A stretch of 64,000 nt of DNA. Source: Eledone cirrhosa. Its lineage: Eukaryota. The position numbers and the translations under genes were made by a program. The DNA is taken from assembly GCA_964016885.1 (NCBI GenBank), contig OZ024741.1:137392001-137456000 (forward strand), in the 5' to 3' direction. The notes beneath the pieces were generated by a model, which did no database searches, was not told where the DNA came from, and saw nothing but the letters and a program-made list of their open reading frames with translations. Numbering within the stretch: the first letter of the stretch is position 1; every line of letters begins with the position of its first letter. Shown here piece by piece: positions 1-14,366 of this stretch.

Positions 1-297
1 ACCCTCTTTTTAAAGTCCTTCAGTATTATATCAGGTCTATTTGCATCTACTTTTCGGTCTGTTCCAATGCTAAAGTTCCACAAGATTGAGATGTGATCTT
101 TTTCAAGTTGATGCTCCCACCAATTCTTTTGATGAGGCAGGTCAAAATGCTTACACATTATCCAATGTATGTATTATGCAGCTCTGTCGTTCCTGTTTAG
201 GTATTCGGTCGGAGCTATAGGACTGCACATTGAAATTATATGATCAATGGTCTCTGGTTGTTTTTTACATACACGGCATAATGGGTTGCACCCATTT
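1..297 (-). mobile_element. R4/Dong-clade (RLE-type) non-LTR retrotransposon fragment, CCHC + restriction-like endonuclease region, 5'-truncated, one stop
   Basis: Manual minus-strand translation: LCRVCKKQPETIDHIISMCSPIAPTEYLNRNDRAA*YIHW...ILWNFSIGTDRKVDANRPDIILKD (CxxC..H..C finger, then RPD motif). Junction abuts (TTC)n(TTA)n at 302-371. Confidence 0.8.
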
Positions 298-322
298 TTT
301 ATTTCTTCTTCTTCTTCTTCTT

Positions 323-353
<31 letters not shown>

Positions 354-371
354 TTATTATTATTATTATTA

Positions 372-685
372 ATTGGCAGTATCGGTAGAGGGTCGGACGC
401 CATGCTTTCTAGCATAGTTACGTCCCTTTACGGTTTGAGTTCAAATCCCGTCGAGGTTAACTTTGCCTTTCATCCTTACGGAGTCGATAAAATAAAGTAC
501 CAGTCACGCACTGGGGTCAATTTAATCGACTTTTTCCTCCCCCAGACTTTATGGTCTGAGTTCAAATACCGCCGAGGTTATCTTCGTCTTTCATCCTTAC
601 CGGGTCGATAAAATAAAGTACCAGTAATACACTGGGATAATTGCTGTCCTTGTGCCTAAAGTAGAAACAATTATTATTATTATTG
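372..685 (+). mobile_element. Two tandem copies of tRNA-derived Nin-domain SINE (family S1)
   Basis: A-box-like TGGCAGTATCGG, B-box GTTCAAATCC, GCCTTTCATCCTTACGGRGTCGATAAAATAAAGTACCAG domain, 3' TTGTGCCTAAAGTAGAAACAA(TTA)n; second copy restarts at ~549. Confidence 0.8.
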
Positions 686-816
686 TTTGTTTTTCCTCTT
701 CCTTCAGTTTTGGTTCCGTTTTTTGCCGAGTGTCTTCCTGACACCTAAGGCAAATAAACTCGCTGTATACATTGGTAAGCCAGAAAAGTTAACACAACAT
801 ATTGATTATATTTACA

Positions 817-900
<84 letters not shown>

Positions 901-953
901 TTCTTTCTCTCTCTCTCTATTTCTTTCTCTCTCACTCTCTCTCTTTCTCTTTC

Positions 954-1019
<66 letters not shown>

Positions 1020-1286
1020 CTCATACATACGTTCACATGCATACATATACATACACATGCAGACGAATATACGTACCTCGCACACACGCATTCACAAAAA
1101 CATACATGGAGGTTTATCATCCTCACAACCATAGTGCTCTCCTCAATACTCATGCAGTACCAGTTAAAACAACAATTTTGCACTGCTTGCAGAGATGGTA
1201 AACCAGAGATCATTCTTAAATACTGTTCTGTTCATTTTTTGATCATTCCTAGTACTCCTGCACTCACTGGTATTGTAACCGGCATT

Positions 1287-1507
1287 TGGCGGTGGATTGG
1301 CAGTACCGGTAGAGAGCCGGACGCCATGCTTTGCAGCATAGAGTTACGGCCCTTTATGATCTGAGTTCATATTCCGCCGAGATTAACTTTGCCTTTCATC
1401 CTTACAGGGTCGATAAAATAAAGTACCAGTCACGTACTGGAGTCGATTTAATCTACTTTCCCCTCTCCCAAAATTGCTGGCCTTGTGCCTATAAGAAACC
1501 ATTATTA
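1287..1507 (+). mobile_element. S1 SINE, full length
   Basis: GGCGGTGGATTGGCAG head through AGAAACCATTATT tail. Confidence 0.8.
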
Positions 1508-1562
1508 TGGCTATTATATTTATCGTTATTTTTATTATCATTAATTCCATCATCATCATCAG

Positions 1563-1622
<60 letters not shown>

Positions 1623-1637
1623 TATTTCTATTATAAT

Positions 1638-1816
1638 GACGGTGGACTGGCAGTATCAGTAGAGGGTTTGACGTATAGAGTTACGCCCCTTTCCATTCTG
1701 AGTTCAAATCCCGCCGAGGTTAACTTTGCCTTTCATCCTTACGGGGTCGATAAAATAAAAGTACCAGTAATGTACTGAGTAATTGCTGGCCTTGTGCCAA
1801 AAGTAGAAACAATTAT
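1638..1816 (+). mobile_element. S1 SINE
   Basis: Same head, central domain and tail as 1287-1507. Confidence 0.8.
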
Positions 1817-2002
1817 TTCTATTATAATATTGGCGACAACTGAGATAATCTTACACATAATACATAGCCTTACGTGGAAAACTTTCTTGACTAAATTTGT
1901 CATTAAAAAGCTGTTTCATATAATCAATGCACATTATAGATATATAAATATGTATATATATATACATATGTATAGACACACACACACACAGACATATACA
2001 CA

Positions 2003-2090
<88 letters not shown>

Positions 2091-2119
2091 TATATATATA
2101 TATATAGATTACATATATA

Positions 2120-2915
2120 TGGATTACCCACACGCAGAATTTGACTTACATACAATCTACTGAACATCCTTGGAACTTACCAACTTTTCAACCATCCTCT
2201 TGCGTAATCACCTATATAACTCACCCGCACACCCCCCCCCCCCCAAAAAAAATCTTTTTCTCCACACGCCACCCACACTCACAACACGCTTAAACCCCAC
2301 ACACACGTGCTTCCCACCACATATTTACACCCTCAGCCTCCTGATTCCTCTCCCCCCACCCCCCTATCCACACACGCACAGACACTCCGACCCACAAAAA
2401 CACCCCCCACACACACCCCTTCCTGGACATGCAACCCCGTTTTTCCCCCAACCCTTACTTTCACATACACACACACACACACACACGCACACCTACACAC
2501 ACACACACCACCTTCAGCCCTCCCCGCTCGGACACCCCGTCTCCCTCTCCCCACTCCACCCGCCTCCACCTCTACTCACCCCACACCCTTCCACCACCTG
2601 TTTACCCCCCTTTTAATTTCAGTTTATTTTGATCATGCCTTTATTTTTAAATTTTCTCATTCCTTGTATTTTGATCATGCTTTATTTTTATTTTTTATCT
2701 TTATTTGTTTTTTTCATTCGCACCGTTTCCTTTCGCTATATGTCTCTCCACCACTCCCCTACACACCTTTTGAACTCTGTTCCCACACACTTCTCACCTG
2801 AGGAAGGGCTTATGCCCGAAACGTCGTCCCCCACCTACCCCCCACTCTCCTGAGCGTGAAATTAATAAACATTTATTGTACTGCCTCTCTGTTTTGTCCC
2901 TGTTCAAATTTTTCC

Positions 2916-2920
<5 letters not shown>
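2120..2920 (+). mobile_element. PLE-like 3' region between (TA)n tracts, with HHR-like core at 2798-2829
   Basis: CTGAGGA-A-GGGC(TTAT)GCCC-GAA-ACGTCGT-C, then AATAAA; stem I not evident. Related copies at 19920-20155 (+) and 31750-31844 (-). Confidence 0.55.
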
Positions 2921-2947
<27 letters not shown>

Positions 2948-2953
<6 letters not shown>

Positions 2954-3089
2954 AAGTTATATTTAAAATTGTTGGGTTACAACTAGTAAATATTTATAAC
3001 TGATATAAAAGCACTCGACAAATACTTGGAGTATATTTACAATATTAAATAAATGGAAAACTATATTTATAAAACCATATTTATTTAAT

Positions 3090-3094
<5 letters not shown>
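2948..3094 (-). mobile_element. Family Y PLE-like 3' fragment in (TA)n
   Basis: Reverse complement of 46381-46520; homology stops at the HHR stem I 3' strand. Confidence 0.7.
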
Positions 3095-3159
<65 letters not shown>

Positions 3160-3247
3160 TATACATATATATATATATATATACATAATATATATACATA
3201 TATATATATACATACACACATATATATACATACACACATATATATAC

Positions 3248-3298
<51 letters not shown>

Positions 3299-3322
3299 CA
3301 TATATATATGTATACATTCATA

Positions 3323-3401
<79 letters not shown>

Positions 3402-3562
3402 ATATGTAATATATATAATCATAACATTAAGTAGGATTTCCTGCTGTTTTGTACGGAATTAACTGGAATCTTCTGGATTCAGATAAGAGACATAAGAATG
3501 GATCAATTAATGTATAAGTAGCTAGCAAAATACGCCCTTGACTCTCCCTTCTTCCCCTATAT

Positions 3563-4404
3563 ATATGAAAGGATTCAGGACGGCTGAGCTCCGGCCGTTT
3601 CGACAGCTAGATCCGAACTAAAGCGCCAGTATTTAGGATAAATTTAGGATAAAAAGCAAGAGGAAATGGTAGATTGGTGTTTGAAATAAATAAATAAATT
3701 AGTGAACGATGCACTTTTCCCGGCCCATAAGGCAAATGATAACTAGATTTCTCTACGAGGAGGGGAAATCGTAATAAATTATAAATGCTTAGTACTATAG
3801 CAAATTATAAAGAAAAACCAAATTAAGAAAAACATAAATACACTATGTTATTCTCTTTGACTTAAAAATTCTCTTGTATTTTTTTCTCTTGTTTTCTTTT
3901 CCTTTTTCTTTTATGAATCAAATGTAGCTAAGTACAATGTCATTTTTACAGATTAGAAATATTGATAAGGAAAAATTCGCTCCTAATAGCGTGTGCGCGC
4001 GACTGACTATCTTAACAGGTCAATCAGCCTACCCACCCCTCTTGCTTTTTATACTGCATAGCCCCTTTCATTGCCGCCATGACTGTAATAAATATGGATA
4101 GTTCAAGACATTTAGCAAGACTAAACCAGCCATTTGAACAAGGTAACCCCCCCCCCACACTCCGACTACTAACCATTCTCGGAGAAAAATAAAAAAACAA
4201 GAGAAATTTAAAGATTTTTTTGCTTTGACTTCTGCCCATATATGGATTATACCCCTTGATAAGTTCAGCGAGATTCCCGCCGTTCGAATTCTGGTGCTTT
4301 AGTTCGGAGCTCAGCTGTTGGGGTCCTGAATCTTTTCATATTAGCCACTCTACTACGCTGGTGGGTTGAGGTCTACCCTATTTTTACCACACCCTATCTG
4401 ATAT
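3563..4404 (+). mobile_element. Family X fold-back element; inverted arms 3563-3629 and 4291-4341; HHR remnant 4251-4324
   Basis: ACCCC-TTGATAA-GTTCAGCGAGAT...GCTCAGCTGTT-GGGGT. The GAAAC segment is deleted between CGGA repeats but retained in the inverted arm (ATCTAGCTGTCGAAACGGCCGGAGCTCAGCCGTC). Confidence 0.65.
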
Positions 4405-4522
4405 ATATATATATATATATGTATGAATGAAGTGATTCCGTCAGAAAGGTAAACGAAAAAAGAGTGCTCTATGTAGGCTACAGAGCTTATTAGTTATGTA
4501 ATAAACAACATAAGATAATTAT

Positions 4523-4578
4523 TTCATTTACCAGTGGTTTCTTGAAAGCAGATATATGTTTTCAGTCGTCAGAATGAA
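4523..4578 (-). ncRNA. Type I hammerhead ribozyme (inverted copy of 6385-6442)
   Basis: Reverse complement of the 6385 motif with a 2-nt deletion in stem II. Confidence 0.7.
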
Positions 4579-6384
4579 TAAAACATGGTGTTTTTATTAA
4601 ATATGGATTTGAAAACAAAATATAAGAAATATGAAAGTGAGGCTGAGGAAACAACGGGCGAAGAAGAAGAGAAAAAAAGAAAAAAGAAAAATACATATGT
4701 ATATATAAAAACAATAAATATATAAACATACACACACTCAACCACGAACATATACTTAAAAAGTACGTAGACGTATACTTCGTCACATAAGCGTATATGT
4801 ATCTACACGCATGGACAAAATACATACATATACATGAAGTAATAAGAATAATAAATGAATAAGAATAAAAAATACAAAGTAAAAAATAAAAGATACGTGT
4901 TGTCAACGATAAGTGAGAGGAGGGGGGGGGGGGAATAAAAACAATAAAAAATAAACAAATACACGAGGTGTGCATATACATAAATATATATGTATATAAA
5001 ATATATATACACATATATATATACACACATACATACACACACACACAAACATGCACAAATACTCATTCACACGTATAAAAACACATACACAAATGTATGT
5101 GTATATATATATATATACACAGAAATACCAATGACCCTTGGCAAATCACTGATGAGGGACTCATTTTATAACATGTTATCCATGTGCAACCATGCAGTAT
5201 TCTTCTCCCCCATATTCTATATATATATATATATATATATACACAAAAAGATAAAAATAAACATACGTACTTATCCACATACACATAAACATGCGTGCAA
5301 AAATACATATACACATACACATACACACGCATACACACGTATATAAAAACATGCATACAACCAAATATACTAACACACACATAAACCCTACAAAAAAGAG
5401 CATAGGTACAAAGCCTCCGTACAAACGTATACACATGCGTGCGCGCACTCGCACGTAATAAGAAATCAACACACGCATACAAAACCATACATAAGACTAT
5501 ACAGACGAAAACAAAAGCATATATACAACCGCTTACGCACAACTATATACGTAAACACATACATAGAACCATATATATATATATACATAATATAAACATA
5601 AATAAACTCACACATATAAATATATACACATACAAACACATACACACAAACATATATATATATATATATACACACACATACGAATACATACCTACGCTCT
5701 TTTTTGTAGGGTTTATGTGTGTGTTAGTAAATTGGGTTGTATGCATGTTTTTATATACGTGTGTATGCGTGTGTATGTGTATATGTATTTTTGCACGCAT
5801 GTGTATGTGCATGTGGATATGTACGTATGTTTATTTTTATATTTTTGTGTATATATATGCATGTGTATGTATATACACAGACATTTGTGTATGTGTTTTT
5901 ACAAGTGTGCATGAGTATTTGTGCATGTTTGTGTGTGTGTGTGCATGTGTCTGTATGTATGTGTGTATACATATATATATATTTTATATACATATATATT
6001 TATATATATGCACACCTCGTGTATTTGTTTATTTTTAATTGTTTTTATCCCACCCCCCTCCTCTCACTTATCGTTGACAACACGTATCTTTTATTTTTGA
6101 CTTTGTATTTTTTATTCTTATTACTTCATGTATATGTATGTATTTTGTCCATGCCTGTAGATACATATACGCTTATGTGACAAAGTATACGTCTACGTAC
6201 TTTTTAAGTATATGCGCGTGGTTGAGTATGTGTATGTTTATATATTTATTGTTTTTATATATACTTATGTATTTTTCTTTTTTCTTTTTGTCTCTTCTTC
6301 TTCGCCCGTTGTTTCCTCAGCCTCACTTTCATATTCCTTATATTTTGTTTTCAAATCCATATTTAATAAAACCACCATGTTTTA

Positions 6385-6442
6385 TTCATTCTGACGACTG
6401 AAAACAGATATATCTGCTTTCAAGAAACCACTGGTAAATGAA
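6385..6442 (+). ncRNA. Type I hammerhead ribozyme
   Basis: Stem I TTCATT/AATGAA; core CTGACGA; stem II TGAAA-CAGAT/ATCTG-TTTCA; GAA; stem III ACCA-C-TGGT; triplet GUA. Confidence 0.8.
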
Positions 6443-6497
6443 ATAATTATCTTATGTTGTTTATTACATAACTATATATATATATATATATATATAC

Positions 6498-6600
6498 ATA
6501 TATCAGATAGGGTGTGGTAAAAACCAGGTAGACCGTAACCCACCAGCGTACTCGATACTTGGAGTAGTAGAGTGGGTAATATGAAACTATTCAGGACCCC
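6498..6600 (-). mobile_element. Family X 3' fragment in (TA)n
   Basis: Reverse complement of 4320-4404; begins GGGGTCCTGAA directly after (TA)n. Confidence 0.75.
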
Positions 6601-6633
<33 letters not shown>

Positions 6634-6646
6634 AATAAATAAATAA

Positions 6647-6727
<81 letters not shown>

Positions 6728-6749
6728 TATATATATATATATATGTATA

Positions 6750-6833
<84 letters not shown>

Positions 6834-7039
6834 AATATATATATATGTATATATATATATAATATCTATCTATGTATTTATCTATGTATTATATATATAT
6901 ATATATATTATCAACCTTATGCCGCTGCCTTTTCCCATCTAGGCCTATACCTATGTAAGTTTAGGTATGTATGCAGGTATCTATGCATGTTTGTATGCGT
7001 GTGTGTTTGTGTATTTACGTATGTTTGTACATAGAATGC

Positions 7040-7375
7040 ACAATACTTCGTGGTTAGAACCTTGAGTTTATAATCATGAGGTTGTGAGTTCGATTCCTGC
7101 ACCAAGTGGCGCGTTGTGTTCTTGGTCATGATACGGTGATCCAGTTCACTCAGCTGGAAAAAGAAAATGAGTTGCAACGTCACTTAGGCCAAGCTGTATC
7201 GGCTTTTACCTTTCCCTTGCATAATATCGGAGACACGGAGAAGGAAGACTGGTATGTACGTATGGTATATATGGGTGACTGCCAGTCTTCCACAAAATCA
7301 CCTTAGCCGGGCTTGTGCCATGATGAGGAACTTTATCGGTACAAACCTATAACCTATTATCATTCATGTCCGAAG
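7040..7375 (+). mobile_element. Degenerate tRNA-derived SINE (family S2)
   Basis: GTGGTTAG A-box part, GTTCGATTCC B-box; similar to the minus strand of 45933-46149. Confidence 0.6.
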
Positions 7376-7440
7376 GAGCTTTACATATGTACGTGCGTAT
7401 GTATACATATATGTTTGTGTGTCTGGGTAGGTATCCATTT

Positions 7441-7548
<108 letters not shown>

Positions 7549-7573
7549 CACACACACACGCACACATACACAC

Positions 7574-7623
<50 letters not shown>

Positions 7624-8142
7624 GTGTGTGGTGTGTGTATGTAATATGAATGTATGTATGTAATCTATATATGTATATATGTATGCACATGGTCATGCAA
7701 TGTTCAATGAAGGGATTGCATTCTTCTGACAAGAAGAAGCAATCAACATGTATGTAAGAACGTACGTATGTAACCAGTTCATACCCAGCATTTTATAATA
7801 TTTAATAGGTATTCGATAAATACCCCTTGGAGAGACGCTGGTGTTTTAATACCTCAACAAATGAAGTATCACCGAAGGAGCAATAAAAATAAAAAAAGGA
7901 TGATTGTATGAAAGATTCTACTTACCATATTGACTTCTGAAATACTGTCAAAGCTGGCAATAATAATTTCCATGCCGATCCTTAAGGCTTGTACTGTAAA
8001 ATAAATAAATAGTTTAGATAAATAATTAAGTTAGAAAATTGAGACAGAGAGCTGAGATAGGTTTGACTCAGATAGATAAGACACAGTTAAGACATATAGT
8101 TTAGACACAGATAAGACAGAGAGTGAAGTAATCAGTGAGATA

Positions 8143-8306
8143 TACAGGTAACACTCTGTTATAACGAATTTTTCAGTATAACGAATTTTTTTTCTAACCC
8201 CGGCCACACGCTCGATGTGTTAGGTCAATCTCGTTATAAAGAATTTTTCGTTACAACGAATTCATTTTATGTCCCATGAATTTCGTTATAACAGAATGTC
8301 ATTGTA
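8143..8306. mobile_element. MITE of Tc1/mariner-pogo (Tigger-like) type
   Basis: TA-CAG..CTCTGTTATAACGAA / TTCGTTATAACAGAATGTCATTG-TA terminal inverted repeats with internal TATAACGAA repeats. Confidence 0.65.
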
Positions 8307-8797
8307 TATGATATGTAAATTTGGTACATTTTAAAGAAGTTGAGAAGTCGAATATGTTGATACAAATAGATTACTGTACGACAACTTTCCTTAAACCACG
8401 TACCTATCTCCCTGTCCAGCCATCCATGTATTCTTTCTACCTATCTATTTCCCCCTCTATTAATCTAGCTATTTATTAATTAATTAATTTATTTGTCTAT
8501 CCATCCATCTATCTACCTCCCTATAACTCTATCCAACTATCTACGAATCTATCTATTTACCTGTCTATCTATCTATCTATCTGGGATGGACACACGCGTA
8601 AAACTTGCTGGGTAAGTTCTGCCTAAATTTCCATAGAAATTCCAAACTGTAAACTTTCATTTTTGTACCATTTTGTAGAGGGACTGCCAGGTCAAATTTT
8701 GATCTGGTCAGTCTGTCAAATTATTCTAGGCCTTTAGGCGAAATTGTGGTGAAAAAAAAAATGTTTATCTTTCGAAAAATTTCCTACTTTGATAAAA

Positions 8798-8941
8798 ATG
8801 GCTGAAGCATCTTCACCAACATTCAAAGAAAGAAAAGGGAAGCTAAACTCACAGCTTCCCCCTGCCACTGTCACAGCAGCAGATGACCGACCTGCTGACC
8901 GACAACTTGATGTAGCCACAACTACACAAGAAACCGAAAAC

Positions 8942-8972
<31 letters not shown>

Positions 8973-10489
8973 GCAACAATAAAGACAACAAAAACAACAA
9001 CACCAACAACAATGATATCAACAACACCACCAACTACAACAGCAACACGGACAAGGAAAATGTCTCCTTCGCCCAGACAAGGAAAACCCTCGTCAATCTG
9101 CCAGTAGATATAAGCAAAGCGAAGGAGCTACTGGCAGATGCCAAAAAATACATAGTGTACGGGGAAAATGGATCATTTTCGACCCCCCCTCCCCGTAACT
9201 AAAAGGCCAGAGACTCCTAAACACTGCCATGTTTAGGACAGTCTCAAACAAAAGCAAAAACCAGCTCAACCATCACAGAGTAAGATAGAGCTGGTTTTAA
9301 AAGATGTCATGAAGACATCATATTCATTCAGAAGGATAGACTCTACGGAAGTCTATCCATTCTCATGAAGGACAGGGACATGGCAGAGAAACTGTCAATA
9401 AAACCAATCACATCCACCGCATACACCTTCTACCCTAAGTACATGGGTAGAAGGACACACAAAATAAAAATTCACACCATCCTTTCGATTATGGACATAT
9501 GGTGGGTATTGACATATTTCCTGGACCTAGACGATGACACACTAATATCCATGGGAAAGGCATCGGGTGACGCGTTCAGTGGAATGGGCCTCGAACTTGT
9601 AGTTCAAATGAGGCCCGAAAGGATCGCCCAGATCCCTGAACGCATCATACTGGATGATCAAACTTTTATCAACATTTCCGTTGAGGAGAGGCAGCCCTCG
9701 TGTTACCTCTGTGGAGCCAGAGGTCAGTCTGTCCTCAACTTATAGAGAAAACCCCAATCCTGCCTACACCACCAACAACTGCACAATCAACACAATCACC
9801 ACAACCACCACTACAAAAATAACAACCACAGCTCAAACCAAAACAAAACACTGTCCAACCCATCCCCCCACTAAAAAAAAAACAATTTCCAAAACACCCG
9901 CACCGCAAACACAACCCGAAAATCTACCCCTCCCCTCCAATGCGGAAGATGACCCTTGTTCGTCGTCAGACGAGGAGGAGCACTTCCACACAATCAAAAG
10001 AAAAAAAAAGAAAACACACCTCAGACACACAAATGAAAACAACCCCTCCCCAAAACATAACACAGACACCAACACAAAAGAGCACACAACATCAGCAAAC
10101 AAAAAACACCACACAAAAACAAAAACATGTATACACATACATAAACACAAGAAATAAAAAACTGCTAAACATTGTATACAACAACAATTTAGTAAAAACC
10201 CAAGGCACGGGATTTCACCCACCTCAAAATGATTAAGGCCCCAGAGGACACATATAAAACACTAAAAAACAACTTTAAAGAGGACGTGCCTCCCCCCCCC
10301 TGCGTCAGACCCATTAACCGCGTCCTCCTGAAACATTTCCCCACCCCAAACACCCACACAACTCCAAACACCCCAACCACACAACACACTGATGCCCCTA
10401 CACTTCCACAAACCACCACCCCACCCAACAACCCATCCCCCACTCTCATGGAAATTGTGCAGCCCGATACCCGGGACGCAGAGAGGTAA
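8798..10489 (+). pseudogene. LINE ORF1 pseudogene (subfamily A), frameshifted
   Basis: Pieces 8789-9202, 9365-9745, 9654-10157 and 10229-10489 align to ORF1 at 58090-60007 (YTFYPKYMGRRT, INISVEERQPSCYLC, CVRPINRVLLK). Confidence 0.85.
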
Positions 10490-10513
10490 GTGCCTCTCCA
10501 CTTCACCACCAAC

Positions 10514-11000
10514 ATGGCTATGCTAAGAGTAGGCTGTCTAAATCCGCGTGGCCTGGGCTCAACTTGGAAGCAAGCAATGCTTCTAAATGACCTCAGGTCA
10601 CAACGTATAGATGTGGTGGTTATTTGCGAGGCCCGGATCAGCAACGTGCGACAGCTGGCCCCCACCTTTGATGACTTTGAGATGCACGCATCTCTCTGTC
10701 AGCCCGGAGGTGGGGGTGGGGTTGTCGTTCTGCTGCAAAAACAACTGGATCTCGCAACACAGACGGTACATTTGGACCCGGAGGGTCGACTAGTGGTTCT
10801 GGACCTTGGCAGTGGTGAAGGCGGAGCGTTTAGGCTGGTAGCCGTCTACGGCCCTTTCGGGTCAACGCGGCTGGACTTCTTCCATCGTCTGGAGACTTTT
10901 CTAGGGACGTCCCGCTCCTTGCTTTTAGTGGGGGACTGGAATGGTATCCTAGATGCACGTTGGGACTATGTAGAGGCATGTCCTGATAGAGGGAGTAGCT
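10514..11000 (+). pseudogene. ORF2 APE endonuclease N-terminal part (subfamily A), truncated
   Basis: NPRGL, VICEAR and LVGDWN motifs; homology stops at 11000. Confidence 0.85.
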
Positions 11001-11198
11001 AGAACGGATAGCTAGAATACCACAACGTGTGCCTCTGGATAGAAATTCCTACATAAACATTTCTGTTGAGGTTAGGCGGCCTTCATGTTACCACTGTTTA
11101 AGCAGTGGTCACCTGAGGGCTTCCTGTCCTCAATTAACTGCATTAAAAAAAGGCACTACTGCCGACACCCAACACAACAACACAAGACACTCCGACAC

Positions 11199-14134
11199 TT
11201 GCGAGTCCAGGATCCACAGCGAGCGACAACTGGCCCCCATCTTCGACGACTTTGAGATCTACGCATCTCTCTGTCAGCCGGGAGGTGGGGATGGGGATGC
11301 CGTTTTGCTGCGGAAACACCTGGACCTCGTAACACAGACGGTACATCTGGAGCCGGAGGGTCGATTGGTGGTCCTTGACGTTGACGGTAGTGAATGTGGA
11401 GCCTTCAGGCTGGTGGCCGCATATGCCCCATCCGGGACACCGCGGCCAGACTTCTTCAAACGTCTAGAGACTTTTCTGGGAACGTCACGCTCCCTGCTGT
11501 TAGTGGGGGACTGGAATGGAATCCTAGATGCATGTTGGGACTATGTGGGAGCATGTCCCGATAGAGGGGGGTATAACAGCCTCAAACAGTTAATCGGCCG
11601 ATTTGACCTGGCCGATAGATATCGACTAGATTTTCCGACTGTGCCACTTTGGACGTGGACTAATCGTAGCGGAACATCTAGATCGTACCTAGATAGGGTT
11701 CTAGTTAGAAAGAAGGATAGGGACATGTTAAGCTGTCCACACATGTTCATGGTTACCTATTCAGATCACAAATTAGTGACCTGCTTAGTCAACCTTGACA
11801 AAACCCATAGAGAGGGACTCGGCAACAAGTCCACGATTCGGTCTTTGAAGGACCAAGACGGACGCGTGGTACGTGAGCCGAAGCAGATGTGCGCGGCCTT
11901 TCAGCGGCACTTTGCTCAACTGTTCGGGAAGGGCGGCGCGCCGGGGGGCGCTATGGATTTCGGTCCATACCTCGACGGCCTACCGAGCCTCTCGGACAGC
12001 GAGGCGAAGTTCTGCGAAAGGCCGATTTCGGGAGCTGACATAAAGGCGCTGAGCCAATGCGGCAAACGCAAATTTCCAGGTCTCGACGGTCTACCCTACG
12101 AATTTTACGTAGCAATGCCTGACTTGTTATCCCGTCTCCTCGAAGCGGTCTACTGCAACTGGCAGCAGAACAAGAGAATTCCCAGTTCTGTGACCAAGGG
12201 CGTAGTCACGTTAGTCAGGAAGGACGAGAATAAGGGGGATGACACAGGAAACTTCCGGCCCATAACTGCTAAACACAGAGTTACAGATTTTGGCCAAGGT
12301 GTTGGCAAAAAGGCTGGCGTTTGTCGTCGAAAAACCTGGTGGGAGAAGCGCAGACATGCGCAATTCCGACCAGGTCCATACACGACAACCTCCACTTCAT
12401 GCGATACATCATAGAGAGGGTAGGGTGTAAACCTGGCTTCGGTGGAGCCCTGATCAACTTGGATCAGTCTAAGGCTTTCGATAGGGTTGACCATCGTTAC
12501 CTGGATGCGGTGCTCGAAGCGGCAGGCTTCGGACCCGTGTTCAGGGGCTGGATTGCTGCAATGCGCAGCAGCAACATCTGCTCAAGGGTCAAGGTGAACG
12601 GCTACCTCTCGGAGCCCTTCCATATCACACGATCCATCCGACAGGGATGCCCGCTATCCTCCCTTCTGTACGTACTGATTCTCGAGACACTACTGCGGAA
12701 GTTGGAGCTATTGCAGGGTATCCCTTTGGAACCGGGACTGCGAAAAGCAGCGTCGGCCTACGCCGACGAGTGACAGTAGTGGTGTCGAGCACCTCGCAAA
12801 TCGGGGAGATCGGCACCTTATTGGAGGAATACGAAAGGTTCACAGGAGCGAAGCTGAACCGGGACAAATCCGTCGGTTTGCAACTCGCAACGTGGAGAGG
12901 CAAACCGATGCCTTCCGATGGCGTCGTCGGACGATGGACGTAAGGACCGGTAAGCTGCTCGGGGTCTGGTTTGGTCCTGACCTCCAGGTGGAGAAGAACT
13001 GGAACGAGGTGACGGCCAAGGTGTTTGCGCTCACCCAGAAGTGGGCCGAGTGCAAACTATCCTTGAAAGGTCGAGCGTAGGTGGCGAACACTTTTATAGC
13101 GTCCGTCATCTACTACCGCTTGACCGTCGTTCCTTGTCCAGCCAAAATGCTCACCAAAATGGAGCGCGCGCTCTTCCAATTCCTTTGGAAGAACGGGCTC
13201 CTTTGGTGAGAAGATCCATCTGTTGCCAACACCCTTCAAACGGAGGGCTGGGGATGCCGTGGCTGACGATGCGCAAATACGTGCATAGGGTGCGGCACCT
13301 CCACGTATTCATCACCAGACAACCGGTGTGAGCCCCGTTCGTGAGGCGAGTCTTCCCACGACTCGTCTCGCTGACCGAGCTGCAGTCCTGGGTCAAGCAA
13401 AGACCGAGGAAAATGGGCGACTGGCACATCGAATGTGCTCAGGCGCTCACAGCCCTCTGGCAGGCGGACCCGGCGATCAGTGGAGTCTCCACTTCGACAT
13501 TCAATAGAGGGTTGGTCCGCAATAAGTGAGACGACGCGCTCGGAGAAACTCTAGGCGTAGAGGAGGACGAACTGGCCAGTCTGTTCGGTAGGACCTTCCG
13601 CCCGGGACCAATGGACACCTTCCAAAATCCCTGGCCTGGCAGTGCTACCTGGCAGTCTACCAGTTCGAGACAAGCTCTACAGACACGGGCGCCCGGGCAG
13701 GGACCCTTCGAAAAAGATCTCCGAGATGCGTGCGCGACGAGGAAACCGTCGCGCATGCATTTGTACACTTCCCGGGCGTCACCAACCTGTGGGGTTTGGT
13801 AGAACGACTATTGTCGCTGGTGGGACCAATCCAGTTGACCACCGAGTCCATTGTCATGATCACACCGCCACTCTCCTTCAAAAACAAGGGAGAGGCGGTT
13901 TTCCTATGTGTTATGGCTATGGTGAAAGAGGTTATACGGTGGACGAGGTTAAAAGGGCTGCGGTCAGACACCTTTCTTTCCGGCGAGCTACTGATTCGTT
14001 TTTACAAATACCACTTTGGAAGAAGAATCAGGATGGAGAGAGAGGTGCTGTACCCCAGCAAATTTTATAAAAGGTGGGTGAATGTGGCAAAAATGGCCCG
14101 AGTGGTTGGGCCGTCTCTCTGTATAAGCCTGTAG
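11199..14134 (+). pseudogene. ORF2 (APE-RT-CCHC) pseudogene with a 381-bp deletion, frameshifts and stops
   Basis: High nucleotide similarity to 60151-63478; AYADE in place of AYADD. Confidence 0.9.
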
Positions 14135-14366
14135 GTTGAGGAAAAAGAGAAAGAGAGGAAGGGAGTACTCACTCTTGGTGCTCCTGGAGATGAGGGTTGT
14201 ACATTTTTTCGGGGTCTGTACAACCCCTGTGTAACGCCTCCCCCCTATTGGGGATTTCAATTGTTATTTGTTGTTTTATTAATAGTTTTATTTTCATATA
14301 CCTGTATGTAAACTCCCCATTTGTATTTGTCCCCTTCTTTTGTGCCCGTGTGGCTAATAAATAAAT

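Larger units (their letters stand above)
4421..6474. mobile_element. Large fold-back PLE-like element, arms ~4491-5408 and ~5688-6474
   Basis: About 800 bp of reverse-complement similarity (ORFs 4562..5056- and 6138..6401+ encode nearly the same peptide); HHR in each arm; (TA)n on both sides. Confidence 0.8.
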
